64,000 bases of DNA. Source: Eledone cirrhosa (lineage: Eukaryota). The stretch is taken from the NCBI GenBank assembly GCA_964016885.1, contig OZ024743.1, positions 177,196,001 through 177,260,000 on the forward strand, in the 5' to 3' direction. The position numbers were made by a program, and so were the translations under genes. Below the pieces are notes generated by a model. It searched no databases. It was not told where the DNA came from and was given only the letters and a program-made list of their open reading frames with translations. Below are positions 1-13,792 of the stretch, in pieces. Every line of letters starts with the position of its first letter. Within the stretch, counting starts at the first letter, position 1.

Positions 1-475
<475 letters not shown>

Positions 476-621
476 TTTTGAGTTTATGTTGGTTGTATAC
501 CAACACCTCAGTATGCAGGCTGGAGCACTCGACGAAGTACGCAGGTTGGTTTGGTTACTCCGGAGTAGTGTAAAATAAAGTTAAATAAAAGTCAAATGAT
601 TAAAATTTAGCTTCGTTTATT

Positions 622-676
622 ACTGCTATATATATTTCAGTGACAGCCATCTTTGGCTGTGACCTCTTCAGGCAGT
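622..676 (-). ncRNA. Type I hammerhead ribozyme (palindromic TATATA stem III)
   Basis: ACTGC-CTGAAGA-GGTCACAGCCA(AAGA)TGGCTGTCACT-GAAA-TATATA-TA-GCAGT. Confidence 0.8.
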
Positions 677-1018
677 TTGAATTAGTATGGTATAGACAAG
701 TACATATGTTGTTTAGGTGTATGATATTGTCAATACTCTGATATGCCCAGTTCCTTGTTGGGTTGTTAATTCACTGGGGAACTGGAGTCATATGAATTCA
801 AACAAACGAATTTTAGTGTCACAGGTCCCCTTCTCCTCTCATTGGTCAGTTATTAGTGTTGTCATTGTTGGATTTAGCTTAAAAAGTGATAAAATGGTAG
901 AAGGGACAAGGTGTTGAAGGAACAAAATATCAAAAAATGTGTCAAACTTCCCATTGTTCAGTTCTGAGAGCATTCCTCAGTCAGATGTCTATAGAATTCT
1001 TTCTCCATACTAATTCAA

Positions 1019-1073
1019 ACTGCCTGAAGAGGTCACAGCCAAAGATGGCTATCACTGAAATATATATAGCAGT
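1019..1073 (+). ncRNA. Type I hammerhead ribozyme, inverted twin of 622-676
   Basis: ACTGC-CTGAAGA-GGTCACAGCCAAAGATGGCTATCACT-GAAA-TATATA-TA-GCAGT, with one substitution in stem II. Confidence 0.75.
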
Positions 1074-1117
1074 AATAAACGAAGCTAAATTTTAATCATT
1101 TGACTTTTATTTAACTT

Positions 1118-1206
<89 letters not shown>

Positions 1207-1229
1207 CATATATATATACATATATATAC

Positions 1230-1276
<47 letters not shown>

Positions 1277-1291
1277 CATATATATATATAC

Positions 1292-1354
<63 letters not shown>

Positions 1355-1433
1355 CATATATATACATATATATATACATACATATATATATACATATATA
1401 TATACATATATATATACATACATATATATATAC

Positions 1434-1558
<125 letters not shown>

Positions 1559-1733
1559 TACATATATATATATACATATATACATATACATATATATATA
1601 TACATATATATATACACATATATATATACATATATACATATATATATACATATATATATATACTTATATATATATATACATATATATATATACACATATA
1701 TATATATACACATATATATATATATACATATAC

Positions 1734-1766
<33 letters not shown>

Positions 1767-1933
1767 CATATATATATACATATATATATACATATATATA
1801 TACATATATATATATACATATATATATACATATATATATATATACATATATATATATACATATATATATACATATATATATACATATATATATACACATA
1901 TATATATACATATATATATACATATATATATAC

Positions 1934-2018
<85 letters not shown>

Positions 2019-2568
2019 AGGCGAGAAAAATAAAGTAAGAAAGAGATATGGAGAAATCAACGAACCCAGTACTGAAATACTGAACTGATAAGCTATTTAT
2101 CGACCTTGACAAAGCAAAATGCAAAGTTGACTTTATCGCTATTTGAATTCATAATATAAAGAGCCGCGAAACGAATGCCACAAACCATTTTGTCTGATGC
2201 TCTAACGATTTTGTCACTCTATTTCTTTATCGATAGAAATACATGAAATAAATGCACTTATGTAAATCCTTCCCGTTGTTTAAATGGTAACATTATTGAA
2301 TACATTTAAATTGCAAATTTATACCAGAAGGAAATCTAATTTTATGGTAAATTATAAACCTTTAAAATTTGAAATCATTAATATCTCAATCAACATATTC
2401 AAATCGTTACTGAATGGAAATTTTAGAATATTTAATAGCGATATTTCATTACTTGACTGCTATATATATTCATACATGTCTGTAGAAGTTGAAAGTATAT
2501 TCGTTACACAAAGAAATGTAAACGAAATGACAACCTAGATAATTACTTGTAACAAGAGCTAGCGTGTT

Positions 2569-3316
2569 AACGTCTTTCTGAACAGAACATTTAATTCCAC
2601 AGAGTTCGGTTCAACGTCTTTCTGAATAGAACAATTAATTCCACAGAGTTCGGTTCAACGTCTCTCTGAACAGAACAATTAATTCCACAGAGTTCGGTTC
2701 AACGTCTTTCTGAACAGAACAATTAATTCCACAGAGTTAGGCTCAACGTCTTTCTGAACAGAACATTTAATTCCACAGAGTTCGGTTCAACGTCTTTCTG
2801 AATAGAACATTTAATTCCATAGAGTTCGGTTCAACGTCTTTCTGAACAGAACAATTAATTCCACAGAGTTCGGTTCAACGTCTTTCTGAACAGAACATTT
2901 AATTCCACAGAGTTCGGTTCAACGTCTTTCTGAACAGAACATTTAATTCCACAGAGTTCGGTTCAACGTCTTTCTGAACAGAACAATTAATTCCACAGAG
3001 TTCGGCTCAACGTCTTTCTGAAAAGAACATTTAATTCCACAGAGTTCGGCTCAACGTCTTTCTGAATAGAACATTTAATTCCACAGAGTTCGGTTCAACG
3101 TCTTTCTGAATAGAACATTTAATTCCACAGAGTTCGGTTCAACGTCTTTCTGAACAGAACATTTAATTCCACAGAGTTCGGTTCAACGTCTTTCTGAACA
3201 GAACAATTAATTCCACAGAGTTCTGCTCAACGTCTTTCTGAATAGAACAATTAATTCTACAGAGTTCGGTTCAACGTCTTTCTGAATAGAATATTTAATT
3301 CCACAGAGTTCGGTTT
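2569..3316. repeat. 44-bp minisatellite, 17 copies
   Basis: Unit aacgtctttctgaacagaacatttaattccacagagttcggttc at exact 44-bp spacing. Confidence 0.97.
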
Positions 3317-3959
3317 GGGGGAGGAGAAAGACGATTACATCAGCCCCAGTACGTGACTGGTACTTTCTTTAATCGATCCCCTAAGGATGAAAGGCTCAGC
3401 TAACATCGGCGGGATTTGAACTCAGACCGTAAAGAGTCGTAATTCTATGCCGCAAAGCATGCTGTCCGACGCTCTGCCGATACTGCTAATCAACCACACT
3501 CAATTCCATATCTGATATTAACAGAATATTTACCATTTTTTTCCTCCACAGCTGTTGATGCTGCATAACCAAATGGTTAAGATGTCCACTTCTCAAACAT
3601 TAGATCCTGGGTTTGAACTCACGGCATCACGTCACAAGTAAGTGTCATTTATTATAGATTTAGGTCGACCTTTTCAGTGAAATTGAGTAGATATAAATTG
3701 CTTGGAAGTCCATCGGATAGATTGTGCTTATAATTCAAAGGACCAGCCTTGTTAAAAAATGTATTACGCTGAATCTCCCTGAGAATTACGTGTCTGTGTA
3801 ATGTTCAAGTACTTATAAGTTTATTTCATGTTGAGGTTGGAACGCCCAACCCAACGGAGGCCCATTTATTTCATTCCTTCACCAAACATTCGCAAACTAG
3901 TAGCGATAGTATTGGTGTAATGGTGGAGAAAATTTAAAGTATAGATGTACTCTAAATTT

Positions 3960-4172
3960 CCTCCACCACTACATCACTACTGTCGCTACTACAACAGTTA
4001 CTTTTTTGGAATTACAGTACTGAGAGGATACACTACTACACCACTAAACCACTACTACAACAGTTACTTTTTTGAAATTGCAGTACTGAGATGATCCACC
4101 ACTACACCACTACTACCGCTACTACAATAGTTACTTTTTTGAAATTGCAGTACTGGAAGGAGCACCACTACT
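3960..4172. repeat. ~57-bp degenerate tandem repeat, 3-4 copies
   Basis: ccactacaccactact...ctactacaacagttacttttttgaaattgcagtactg. Confidence 0.8.
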
Positions 4173-4596
4173 ACGAGGTCTTTGAAATTAAAGTACTGGG
4201 AGGAAAAACAGCATTAATGCTATTGAACGTTCCTTCTTCATGTGTTTGTCTCTACCAACAAATGTACACCATCATTACTAGTCAACGCCACGACACAGAT
4301 CCATGAGACTAATGGAGGTATACTTTTCTGTTAGATTTACATAGGCGTAATTATATATATATTTATAGTTTATCGTGTGGAAGGAATTCTAGCCATTGGT
4401 AAACATTTTTATGTCAATAAATACATACATATGTATACGCATATAGACATTGCACACGGGAACATACATATATACACAGACAGTCACACATATACGTACA
4501 CACACACGCGCACATAGATATACATCATGCATACAGACATACACACGCACACACGCAGACAAACAGACACACGCAGACACTCACACACGCACATAC

Positions 4597-4641
<45 letters not shown>

Positions 4642-4995
4642 ATGGCAGTGGGATTTTGGTTATCGTATTGAGCTCTACTGATGAACGGTTCCAACCGTGA
4701 CTAATCCCACTGAAAAGTTTCGTGAAATAGTCTTTTTAAGACTATATAGAGCATTTGTAGTTTTTCCAATTTGAAGGATGAGTATTTAAACTTTATTTTA
4801 TTCTGAGTTAAGACTCTATTGGTTTTTTTCCCTGGATTTCACAAAATCTGTGGATAAAATCTCTGTCTTGATTTTTTAAAAATTGAGTTTGAATTATTTT
4901 CCCATATCTTACGTTAAATTCCATTTTGACGTTATAGTCACTTATATATTATGAAATACTGTTGGCTTCTTGCTCACATTAATTTCTCTACTTTC

Positions 4996-5057
<62 letters not shown>

Positions 5058-5178
5058 AATCTGAGTTTTTCGAATATTAATAATAACATTCGATTCGTTT
5101 GCAATTATACAAAAAGCCTCATTTCCATAGCCATGTCAGTAGAATGAACCCTTCATTTTTGCTCCTGTGTTGTAAACA

Positions 5179-5228
5179 GAACTGCAGACACTAATGTTTC
5201 TGGGTATCACCTTTCATCAGTACAGCTC
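5179..5228 (-). ncRNA. Type I hammerhead ribozyme with GUC cleavage triplet
   Basis: GAGCTGTA-CTGATGA-AAGGT(GAT)ACCCA-GAAACA(TTAG)TGTC-TGCAGTTC: 8-bp stem I, 3-bp stem III, weak stem II. Confidence 0.7.
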
Positions 5229-5632
5229 ACTGTTCACCTTCCAACTGTCAGAGCTAGTGAAAATATATGCTATTTTCAAAATTATACAGTGACTGATCGG
5301 CCTGATTTACATATTATCAGACTGGCTGACCAGTCAGATCTGCATATTAGCAGATCCACTTATCTTTATATATATATATATATAAGGGGAATACATCATC
5401 GGCTTAAATCCTCCGAGTCTCTGCGTTGGATTCAAATCCTGCCATGGTCAAAGTTTTTTATATTCTTTCGTGGGAGAGGGAAAGGGTCAATATACAAATT
5501 AACAGTCCTATGGAAAATTTGTTAGAGCGATGGATAGGATGCCCTGTAGTATTTTCTTCGGTCGGTTGCATTCTTAGTTCGCATGTGATGGAACATAGCC
5601 TGGAAGTTATATGTATTGTATTACTATTAGTT

Positions 5633-5718
5633 CGTCGGATACTATTAGAACGTCGGATACTATTAGAACGTCGGATACTATTAGAACGTCGGATACTATT
5701 AGAACGTCGGATAGAACG
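5633..5718. repeat. 18-bp tandem repeat, about 4.5 copies
   Basis: cgtcggatactattagaa. Confidence 0.95.
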
Positions 5719-6419
5719 CTTGTAGTATTCGTTTCGGCTCTTTTTTCTCATCTCTGGATGAGGTCAACTTTGCCTTTCCTCCATTCAAGGTTGATAGAAA
5801 AGTACCAGTCAAGTATTGCGGTCGATTCTTCATCTATATATCTTTCTCACTTCCAGTTTCTCTCTCTCTATCCTTATCTGGAAGAAATCCGCTGAGTTAA
5901 AACCAGGAGAAGGATGGGTTCCACCAGGTTTTAAAAAATGCCCGAGCAACGCCGTAGGTCAACTTTGTCATTTGGAGGTTGATAAAAAAAGTACCAGTGA
6001 AGTACTGGGGTCGATTCTTCCTCTATATCTCTTTTCCACTTCTTTTCCCAAACTCTCTACCCTTATCTGGAAGAAGTCTGCTGTATACACGCCTGAAACG
6101 AAGATGGGCTCCGACAGTCTTAAAAAATGCCCAAGAAACGCTGTGTGCCAATACGATGTCTCTGCGCCTCTCCCAGGGGTTACGGGACCATACCATACTA
6201 TTAGTTCCGTAGACATAAACATGTATGTGTAACTCAGCTGATGTACGTTAGAATGAGTTAAACATATTAATTTCTGTCTCCGAAACCAATGGTAATACAG
6301 GACACACACAAATATAATGAAAGTTGAGACGAATCTTTTTTTGATAATGATAGACGGCTGATAACATTATATGTGATTATATTTTAAAAGAAAATGGCTT
6401 CCTCTGCATATACGATTTC

Positions 6420-6740
6420 TAGCCAAGATTGCGCCGGTAACAGGCCAGGAACAGTGGATTTCTGGCTTGGAATAGCGCTTATAACAGAACAGGGAACTGT
6501 CTAGTTATAACCTAGAGTAGCGCCAATTACAGATTGGGGACAGTTGATTTCTTGCCTAAAGTATCCCCTATAATTGGCCGGGAAGAGTCTATTTCTAGAC
6601 GGGAGTAGCTCCTATAATAGGCTGGAAATAGTTTATTTCTAAACTCGAGTAGCACCTGTAAAAGTCTAGGAATAGTCTATTTCTAGCCTAGCGTAGCACC
6701 TATAAAAAGTCTGGGAACAGTCTATTTCTAACCTGGTTGT
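6420..6740. repeat. Degenerate ~44-bp tandem repeat, about 7 copies
   Basis: Recurrent ggaa(c/t)agtctatttctag...agcacctataa. Confidence 0.75.
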
Positions 6741-6796
6741 CTAGTACCCTTTGCAACTCATCCGACCAAGCTTTCGATGTCTTATATCTATATAAT

Positions 6797-7013
6797 GGTT
6801 TCTTATATAGGCACAAGGCTAGAAATTTTGGGGTCGGGGAAAGTCGATTAAATCGACCCCAGTGCGTGACTGGTACTTTATCTTATCAACCCCATAAGGA
6901 TGAAAGGCAAAGTTAACCTCGGCCGGATTTGAACTCAGATCATAAAGGGCCGTAACTCTATGCTACAAAGCATAGCGTCCGACCCTCTACCGATACTGCC
7001 AATCCACCGCCCT
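6797..7013 (-). mobile_element. Full-length tRNA-derived SINE with 17-bp TSD
   Basis: Head gggcggtggattggcagtatcgg (A box), gagttcaaatcc (B box), core gcctttcatccttatggggttgataa. TSD tcttat(a/g)tctatataat at 6780-6796 and 7014-7030. Confidence 0.85.
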
Positions 7014-7063
7014 TCTTATGTCTATATAATAAAAATCAATATAGTTTAAAAATTAATACAAAC

Positions 7064-7217
7064 CATTAACTCTTGGCATATAGCTTAGGCGACATCCACA
7101 TGCACGTACTAAAGAATATGTGACACATTCGGCTTCACAAGACGAACGAGAATATTCATGAAACAGGTTTAATGTCTTCTCTTCACACACACCGCGTGGT
7201 TTTGGCAAACCTATAAC
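7064..7217 (-). CDS. DEG/ENaC channel coding exon 6 (start of Cys-rich thumb); gene continues beyond this point
   Basis: VIGLPKPRGVCEEKTLNLFHEYSRSSCEAECVTYSLVRACGCRLSYMPRVN. Acceptor ctgtcag (phase 0). The donor is probably G|GTTTGT at 7063 (less certain). Confidence 0.88.
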
Positions 7218-7407
7218 CTGACAGACGGTATTAAAATACGGAATAAACTTCAATTAAAATGGAATTATTTTAGTAATTCAAATTTATGACATGAAGTTTG
7301 TAACAATAAAACATTGAGTTCATAGGCATACAATTTGTAAAATTGAGTTATAACCCCCCCCCCCCCCCCCACACACACTTACATTTACATGCACACACAC
7401 ACACATG

Positions 7408-7439
<32 letters not shown>

Positions 7440-8261
7440 GAGAGATAATCTCATAGGTTCCTGAATGAATGAGAAGTATTCGCCGAGAAAAGAATAAAGC
7501 GTAAAGTGAAAACAGCTTTAACTATTCCACCATACACAGAAAATCATGAGATAAAATCATTATGCATTTCAGATATTTTTGCGTCCTCATCAGTGAATAA
7601 TTACTGCTATGATTCTGTGAACGGAGGAATGGCCCTACAACAATTCTATATATGTCTAGTGAAGTAATTAGATAAATAAAATAGTATTTAAATTTAAACA
7701 CTTTGAAGATTTTAAGTAAAACTCAAATTAGATATAGCTCACATTTTTTAACTGCTCCCCAAACAGAAACATTATTTTATATATTACAGCCATTTTTATA
7801 TTCTAATAAGAGGATAGTAACTCTAGCGCTGCTATAACAATATTCTCCTTTAAAGGATAATAGCTCTATCCCTGCTATATCAATATTCTCCCGTGTGTAG
7901 AATCAGAGGATAGTAACTCTAGCGCTGCTATAGCAATACTCTGCCGTATCATTAATTATACTTTAATTATACAAAATGTCTGAAATACATAAAGATAATC
8001 TTTTATATTTTTTTTGTGAACAGAAGATTATTTGAAAGTGTTTTAACTTCCCAATTCATTCTTTTTACAGCGAAGTCTTCTAATTAAACCCAATAATTAT
8101 ATCTACATTAGCTTTACAATAAAAACCTTCAAATATACGCGGTTATTCAATAAATATTTGTTATTTAAAACATTGAATTAGAAGACTTCGCCGTAACTTT
8201 GACTCAATAAAATAGTCTAATAATAGCGGGGTATATAAACCTACTAAGCGGGAAAAGATGG

Positions 8262-8640
8262 ACATCAGCATATGTGCTGATGGCAGCAGATATTCCATAT
8301 TTTTCTGTTCAGTGGGTTTATACCGAAAGAATACGATCGCGAACACAAGCGGCCGAAGTGGGATTTCTCCTAAGGGATTTTGAAGTAACGTTACTTGATA
8401 ATTTGTGCAGCTCGGAGATCAGAATCACTCCAGGTAGAGCCGATACTTCTCCGAATTGAGAGACCACCGATACTATGGACACGTGGTTACAATGTCTCAG
8501 GAAAGAATCACTGGAGAGATTTAATGGGCAAAACCAGCCGGCAGGAAACCCAGGAGTAGACCCCGAGCACGAAGGCTGGATAACATCCATGAGCTTCAAG
8601 TCTTCCTAGAGCGTTACAAAATCTAAGAAGAGCTTTTCAG
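8262..8640 (+). mobile_element. RTE-like LINE 3' fragment
   Basis: TERIRSRTQAAEVGFLLR; nucleotide similarity to 50490-50680 and 51470-51560. Confidence 0.7.
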
Positions 8641-8879
8641 GAATCCATCCTTAGAGTTACCATTGTATCCTGTCCCTGGCTCTGATTACAGATGTTTGCA
8701 GGGAGACAGTCTAGCTCAAATTAAACTGATCAGATTTAGGTATGACTGGATGTATAATTATGTGACTACCAATGATTTTAAGTTGACTCAATAATGAATT
8801 TGTAATTTGTTTTCAGGATGATGATCTTAATAAACAATTGTTTTAAACCTCTCTTTTCTATTCATCTCACTTGTCTTAC

Positions 8880-9061
8880 CTCCACAACTTGCAGTCCAAA
8901 GAATGAATTAGTTCCTGAAGCTGAAGCTAGACCTAAATCTTTAACAGTCGCTACATCATGGTTGTTATGAAACAACACCTTTATACCGACACTGCTCTGG
9001 CCTCCTGGCATGTATTCATACTGTTCCACATTTAAGGTGAGTCGCAGGCCGTTTTCAGTCC
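8880..9061 (-). CDS. DEG/ENaC channel coding exon 5
   Basis: G-TENGLRLTLNVEQYEYMPGGQSSVGIKVLFHNNHDVATVKDLGLASASGTNSFFGLQVVE. Acceptor tttttag, donor GTAAGA, 182 nt, phase 1-0. Confidence 0.93.
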
Positions 9062-10388
9062 CTAAAAACGTCAAATGGCAACATATAAATTAAACATTTT
9101 TTACATTGAGGAAAGCCACAGATTTATAGAGGAGGGGATATAGTCGTTTGAAAAGACCCCAATACAAGACTGGTATTACTTTATCCATTATTTATCCACT
9201 TTAGAATGATGGGAGATACATTTTATCTCGGTAGATTTTGAATGTAGAATTTAGAGATATGGAACAAATACTAAAATATATTTTAGAATAGCATTCTATA
9301 GTCATTAGTACTTTATGTGCGTGACTGGTACTTTATTTTATCAACCCCGTAAGCATAAAAGGCAAAGTTAATCTCGGTGGGATTTGAACTCAGAACACAA
9401 AGGGGTAGGTAACAATACAAAACAACTGGTACTAATTTAATCAACCACAAACGGATAAAAATCAAATACATGTCTGTAAGACTTTGAATACGTGTGGCAA
9501 TGCTTTTATTTCACTTTTGTGTCGTTTTATACATAACAATCATGAAAGCAGAAGTTCACTAACAACTCACTGTCTGATATCTTGGACACATGACATTTAC
9601 CACAGCCTCAGCTTAACCGGTTCCCTTTGAGTGAAATTGGTTAGACGGAAACTATTGGAAGCCCGTAGAATGGTCTGTACCTAGAATTCAAAAGACCAGC
9701 CTTGTTAAGCAATTTGTCTCTGAAATAGTCGGTCACCCACACAGGCTGTTCCGTTGATAAAAAAAACTGTAAATCGATGGAGGACCATTTCTTCATTACC
9801 ATTACTGAATACTTCTTATTAATCACACTACAGCCTTCACGTACATATCGTTTCATTCTTACTCTTTAAATGGTCATTATTATGTTTTTCTTTTGCATGA
9901 TTTGTACAGGTATTGCGACTGGTAGATAGTTTTAACAATTGGAAAGATCAATGGAAAATGCGTTCCATTGGTCTGATCTGACGAGTAGCACCCTTCTCGA
10001 TCAGTGAATGAGGTCTGTGATCTTATCGATTCGATATATAATTGCTATAGGTTAATATTTTGTCTTGTCTCTTACTCCACTGAACAGCGCTTTGGTTGGT
10101 GTCAGACGCTGTGACCCTGACAGGACCAGCAACGCCATTGGTAGGGGTCAAAACTGCCAAAGTCTGTCTCAACGGCCAATGATCCTGGAGTTATGTCTTT
10201 AATTTGTATTTTTATTTTCAAAACATAATTTTTTAAGGTTACACCTTCAATAAATTGTTTTTCGTCTTACCGTGTTTTCGTTCGTTACCTTGTCCTCTAT
10301 TTGCGAATTTTGCTAAGTTTATCATATATATATATATATATATACATACATACACATACATATATATGTACATTTATATCCATATGTA

Positions 10389-10446
<58 letters not shown>

Positions 10447-11784
10447 GCACACACACATATATATATGTATATATAATATGTGTGTTTGTGTGTGTGTGTA
10501 TGTATGTATACATAACATCTCAATGAAAATAGATCGCTAAAAGAATCTCCTTCACATTAGATATGTTAATACTAACACTAACGTAACTGGTATTTGGACA
10601 AATTGGACAAATTATCTCTTCAAGCTACCATTGATTAAAAGACAAAAATTACGGGAATAGAGCGAAACTAAGATCAGACAAAGAAAATGAGATTTCCATT
10701 GAAATTTTAATTGCTGATACTATCTTTCAGTCGATACACCTGGTTACAAAATACAATAAAACAACAATGAAACATTTTAAACGCTTTACTTTCTTTATTA
10801 TTATAATGTTGTCACTTAGTATAAATGTACATAATACTTGAGAGAAAAACGTAATGAGTATTTCTGTGTTTTGTCTATTCTTTCATCTTCCTGTTGAATC
10901 CCTTCTATTGTATCGTCGTATTGATATATTCATACACGCTAGCTAATAGTAGCTAGTTATCAAACTGATGTAGTGATAAATCCTGTCATAAATATTTATT
11001 ACTCGATATTCAATGTACCAACAAGTGAATATTATTATTGTAAAATAAATATTGTCAACATCACAATTCTGGCATTATTCCTTTTATCATTCATCCATAA
11101 AAGAATACATTTGTCCACTAGACACCTGTAATATAAATACCAAGCCTTGTCAGACATTGTGCCAAGCTGAATCTCCCTGAGAATTACTTTAAGGGTACAG
11201 GTGTCTGTGGAATGTTTAGTTAGTTACACGTTAATTGTATGAGTTGGTTGTGTCGTTCTAGTAGTGGCATCCAGGAACATGGGTTATTGCCCTTTGTTGG
11301 ATATTATTATTATGGTTCGATATAAATCTCATACATTTATGTAATTCGCTTTGTGAGAGCGAAACTCAAATTCTATTTTTTTTAAATATTTAGTAAGTTA
11401 ATGTTAATATATTCCGCAACGCATAATTATTTCTAGTTAGTTTTTAAATGTCATCTACATTAGATATGGCAATACTAGCTTAGACTTTATCTGCCATACA
11501 GATGGCGTATCTGAGTTATTCATCCTTCAAACACTCCTATTTTAATATACAAACACCTCTAAAATCTTGTTCCTTAGTTTAAGGATTTATTTATCACTAT
11601 TTTGATAAATCTGGGGAAGGCAAAGCTTTACTAACCAGGTCAAAATATAACTTTAACCCAAGGTACCTTTACTAAAGAGGTTAAAATATAACTTTAACCC
11701 AATGTAGCTTTCCAAACTTTTATAGGAATGAGAAGGCCCTCGATTTGGGATTATTTTAAAGGATATATAAACTGTTTGACATAC

Positions 11785-11903
11785 CTGATGAAGCCACTTT
11801 GACTGGGTTTGAAGAATCCGTGTTGAAACTAAAGCAGATTCCGTGGTCGGTAAATACTGTAGTGAAATTCTCAGGCCCACATTTCTCGCTGCTCCAATGG
11901 CAT
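11785..11903 (-). CDS. DEG/ENaC channel coding exon 4
   Basis: E-CHWSSEKCGPENFTTVFTDHGICFSFNTDSSNPVKVASS-G matches C-x-W-x4-C...F...T-x-x-G-x-C-F-x-FN. Acceptor catcag, donor GTATGT, 119 nt, phase 2-1. Confidence 0.93.
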
Positions 11904-12019
11904 CTGATGATTAGATAAATGTTAAATTAACAAACATACTACAACAAACTATTTACATTCAGCAGCACTTTGGTAGTTTAAAGTCTGTCTAGAGCCCTGG
12001 GAGGGGGGGGGGGGTGTCA

Positions 12020-12262
12020 TCAGGCTGGTGTTTATCCCGGCTTTTGTGGCGTAAAGCGATTGTGAGTATGACCCACCAACTGGACAGGACGCCAGTCCAT
12101 CGCAAGGTTAAACCCTCAACTATTGCTGGTATACATTATTCTAGAGCAATGTGAAATAAAGTGTTTTGCTTAAGAACACAACGCACAACCCAGTCTAGGA
12201 ATCGAACCAACTACATTGTTATCGAAAGTCCAATACCTTTACAACAAGGCCACGCGCTGCCA
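12020..12262 (-). mobile_element. Second tRNA-derived SINE family (another copy at about 36240-36355)
   Basis: tggccttgttgtaaagg...ggttcgattcc head followed by gtgttcttaagcaaaacactttatttcacattgctc. Confidence 0.65.
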
Positions 12263-12890
12263 CTATTTTGTTAGTGAAGAAGGTTTTATAAGGTCAGAAA
12301 TAATACGGAAAGAACTTTAGTTATACAAATAATGCAAACAGCAGAGACACTTATAGTCGATAAGTTTCGTTGTTGCTGTTGTTGTCTTTATTTCTGCTGT
12401 TTTGTTTTTATTGATGTTGTTGTTAATACCAGGTCATCATTTATTATTAAAGATGTTACAGCAATAACAATATTATCATTTCCCCCAGACCAAGTGTATA
12501 TAGATTATACTATTTATTTATCTTATTTTAGATCTCCCGTAACTCCCAAGGAAGCCGTAGGGGCGACGTGGTAGCATACGGCCTTTCTTGGCCATTCTAA
12601 AACCTGATGGAGCCCATCTCCTCTCCAGAGAACAGCAGATTGAGCACAGTAGATTTCCTCCAGAGAAGGAGAGAAAATGAGAGAAAAGAAGCGAGAAAGC
12701 GATAGAGAGATAGAATCGACCCAGTACTAGACTGGTACTTTTTCTTATCAACCTCGAAAGGCAAAGTTGACCACGGCGGGATTTGAATTCATATAGGTCA
12801 GAGAGCCGAAACTAATACCGCAAATCATTCTGTCTGACGTTCTAACCACTCTGCCAACATACGTAAAACGTCCTTCTTCAAAGTTTAGCC

Positions 12891-13792
12891 ATGAAAAGTA
12901 AACGAGATGTTTGCCATCCCTGCCTTTTCCCCCCATGTCATTCAAGTAAGACTGGAAGTGCGTTGCAGTCGTGGCATTTCAAAAACTCGTTGCTTTTTTT
13001 TTTTATTTTCTACGGCGCTCACATGAAGATGCTAAAAAAAATTCTCTAATGAATATTTATCGATATTGATGTTAAAACATTAGATATTCATTTATCATAA
13101 ATATTAACTAACGACACACAGACATCGTAGTTTCGTCTAGTGTCTGATGTTAATCATGAATTTCAGTTCAGTTGTCATTTTCCTACTGGAATTGTTTACT
13201 GTAAAGTTGTTGTCATGCCAATGTGGCCACACGATTTGTTAGAAATAGCAGCCAAATCTTTCTAAAATAGACAATCAAATTGCTCACAAATTGTATCCTG
13301 TCGTCTTAAAATGGACGGAAACATTTGCTAATACAATTATAGATGTACATAAAGATAGAATGATCATGAATAGGAAGCCTTATGTTTTTTTAACGATCGA
13401 CAAGATCCCACCTCATTCACTAACTGAGTGAAGTGGAACTCGTCAAATCGGTAACAATGATTCCATTAGTCTTTTCATTGCTGATACTATCTACAGATCG
13501 CAACTCCCAGCGAATGAGGTCTGGGATCTTGTCGATCGTTAAAAATAATGAATACCTAATAGATAACAGAATCTGTTTTAACAGCAATATCGATAAATAT
13601 TCATCAGAGAAGTTTATTTTTGAGCATCTTCATGTGAGTGCCGTTAAAAGTAAAGAAAAGCAACGGGTTCTTGCAAAACCACGACTGCAACGCACTTCCA
13701 ATCTTACCCGAATCAATTTTATTTAATTCACGCCGATCGATAATGTCATGGGGAAAAAGGCAGAGATGACAAACATCTCGTTTACTTTTCAT
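12891..13792. mobile_element. Element with ~190-220-bp inverted terminal repeats and a nested short inverted repeat
   Basis: 12891-13079 is complementary to 13574-13792. Inner pair at about 13387-13420 and 13512-13546. Confidence 0.75.

Larger units (their letters stand above)
571..1124. mobile_element. Short inverted PLE-terminus remnant: 120-bp inverted arms, each with a hammerhead
   Basis: 571-690 is the near-perfect reverse complement of 1005-1124. It sits between long (TA)n tracts. Confidence 0.8.

Noticed and set aside
717-917. CPVPC peptide resembling the DEG/ENaC thumb motif
   Set aside because: It is on the plus strand, opposite to the gene, inside a repeat cassette, and the flanking residues do not match the family.
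2569-3316. CRISPR-like array (palindromic repeat units)
   Set aside because: Units are contiguous with no unique spacers, no cas genes are present and the context is eukaryotic.
4646-4712. CTGATGA plus ACGGTT/AACCGT stem inside a 10-bp inverted repeat
   Set aside because: Followed by GACT rather than GAAA, with no stem I partner; at most a truncated hammerhead.
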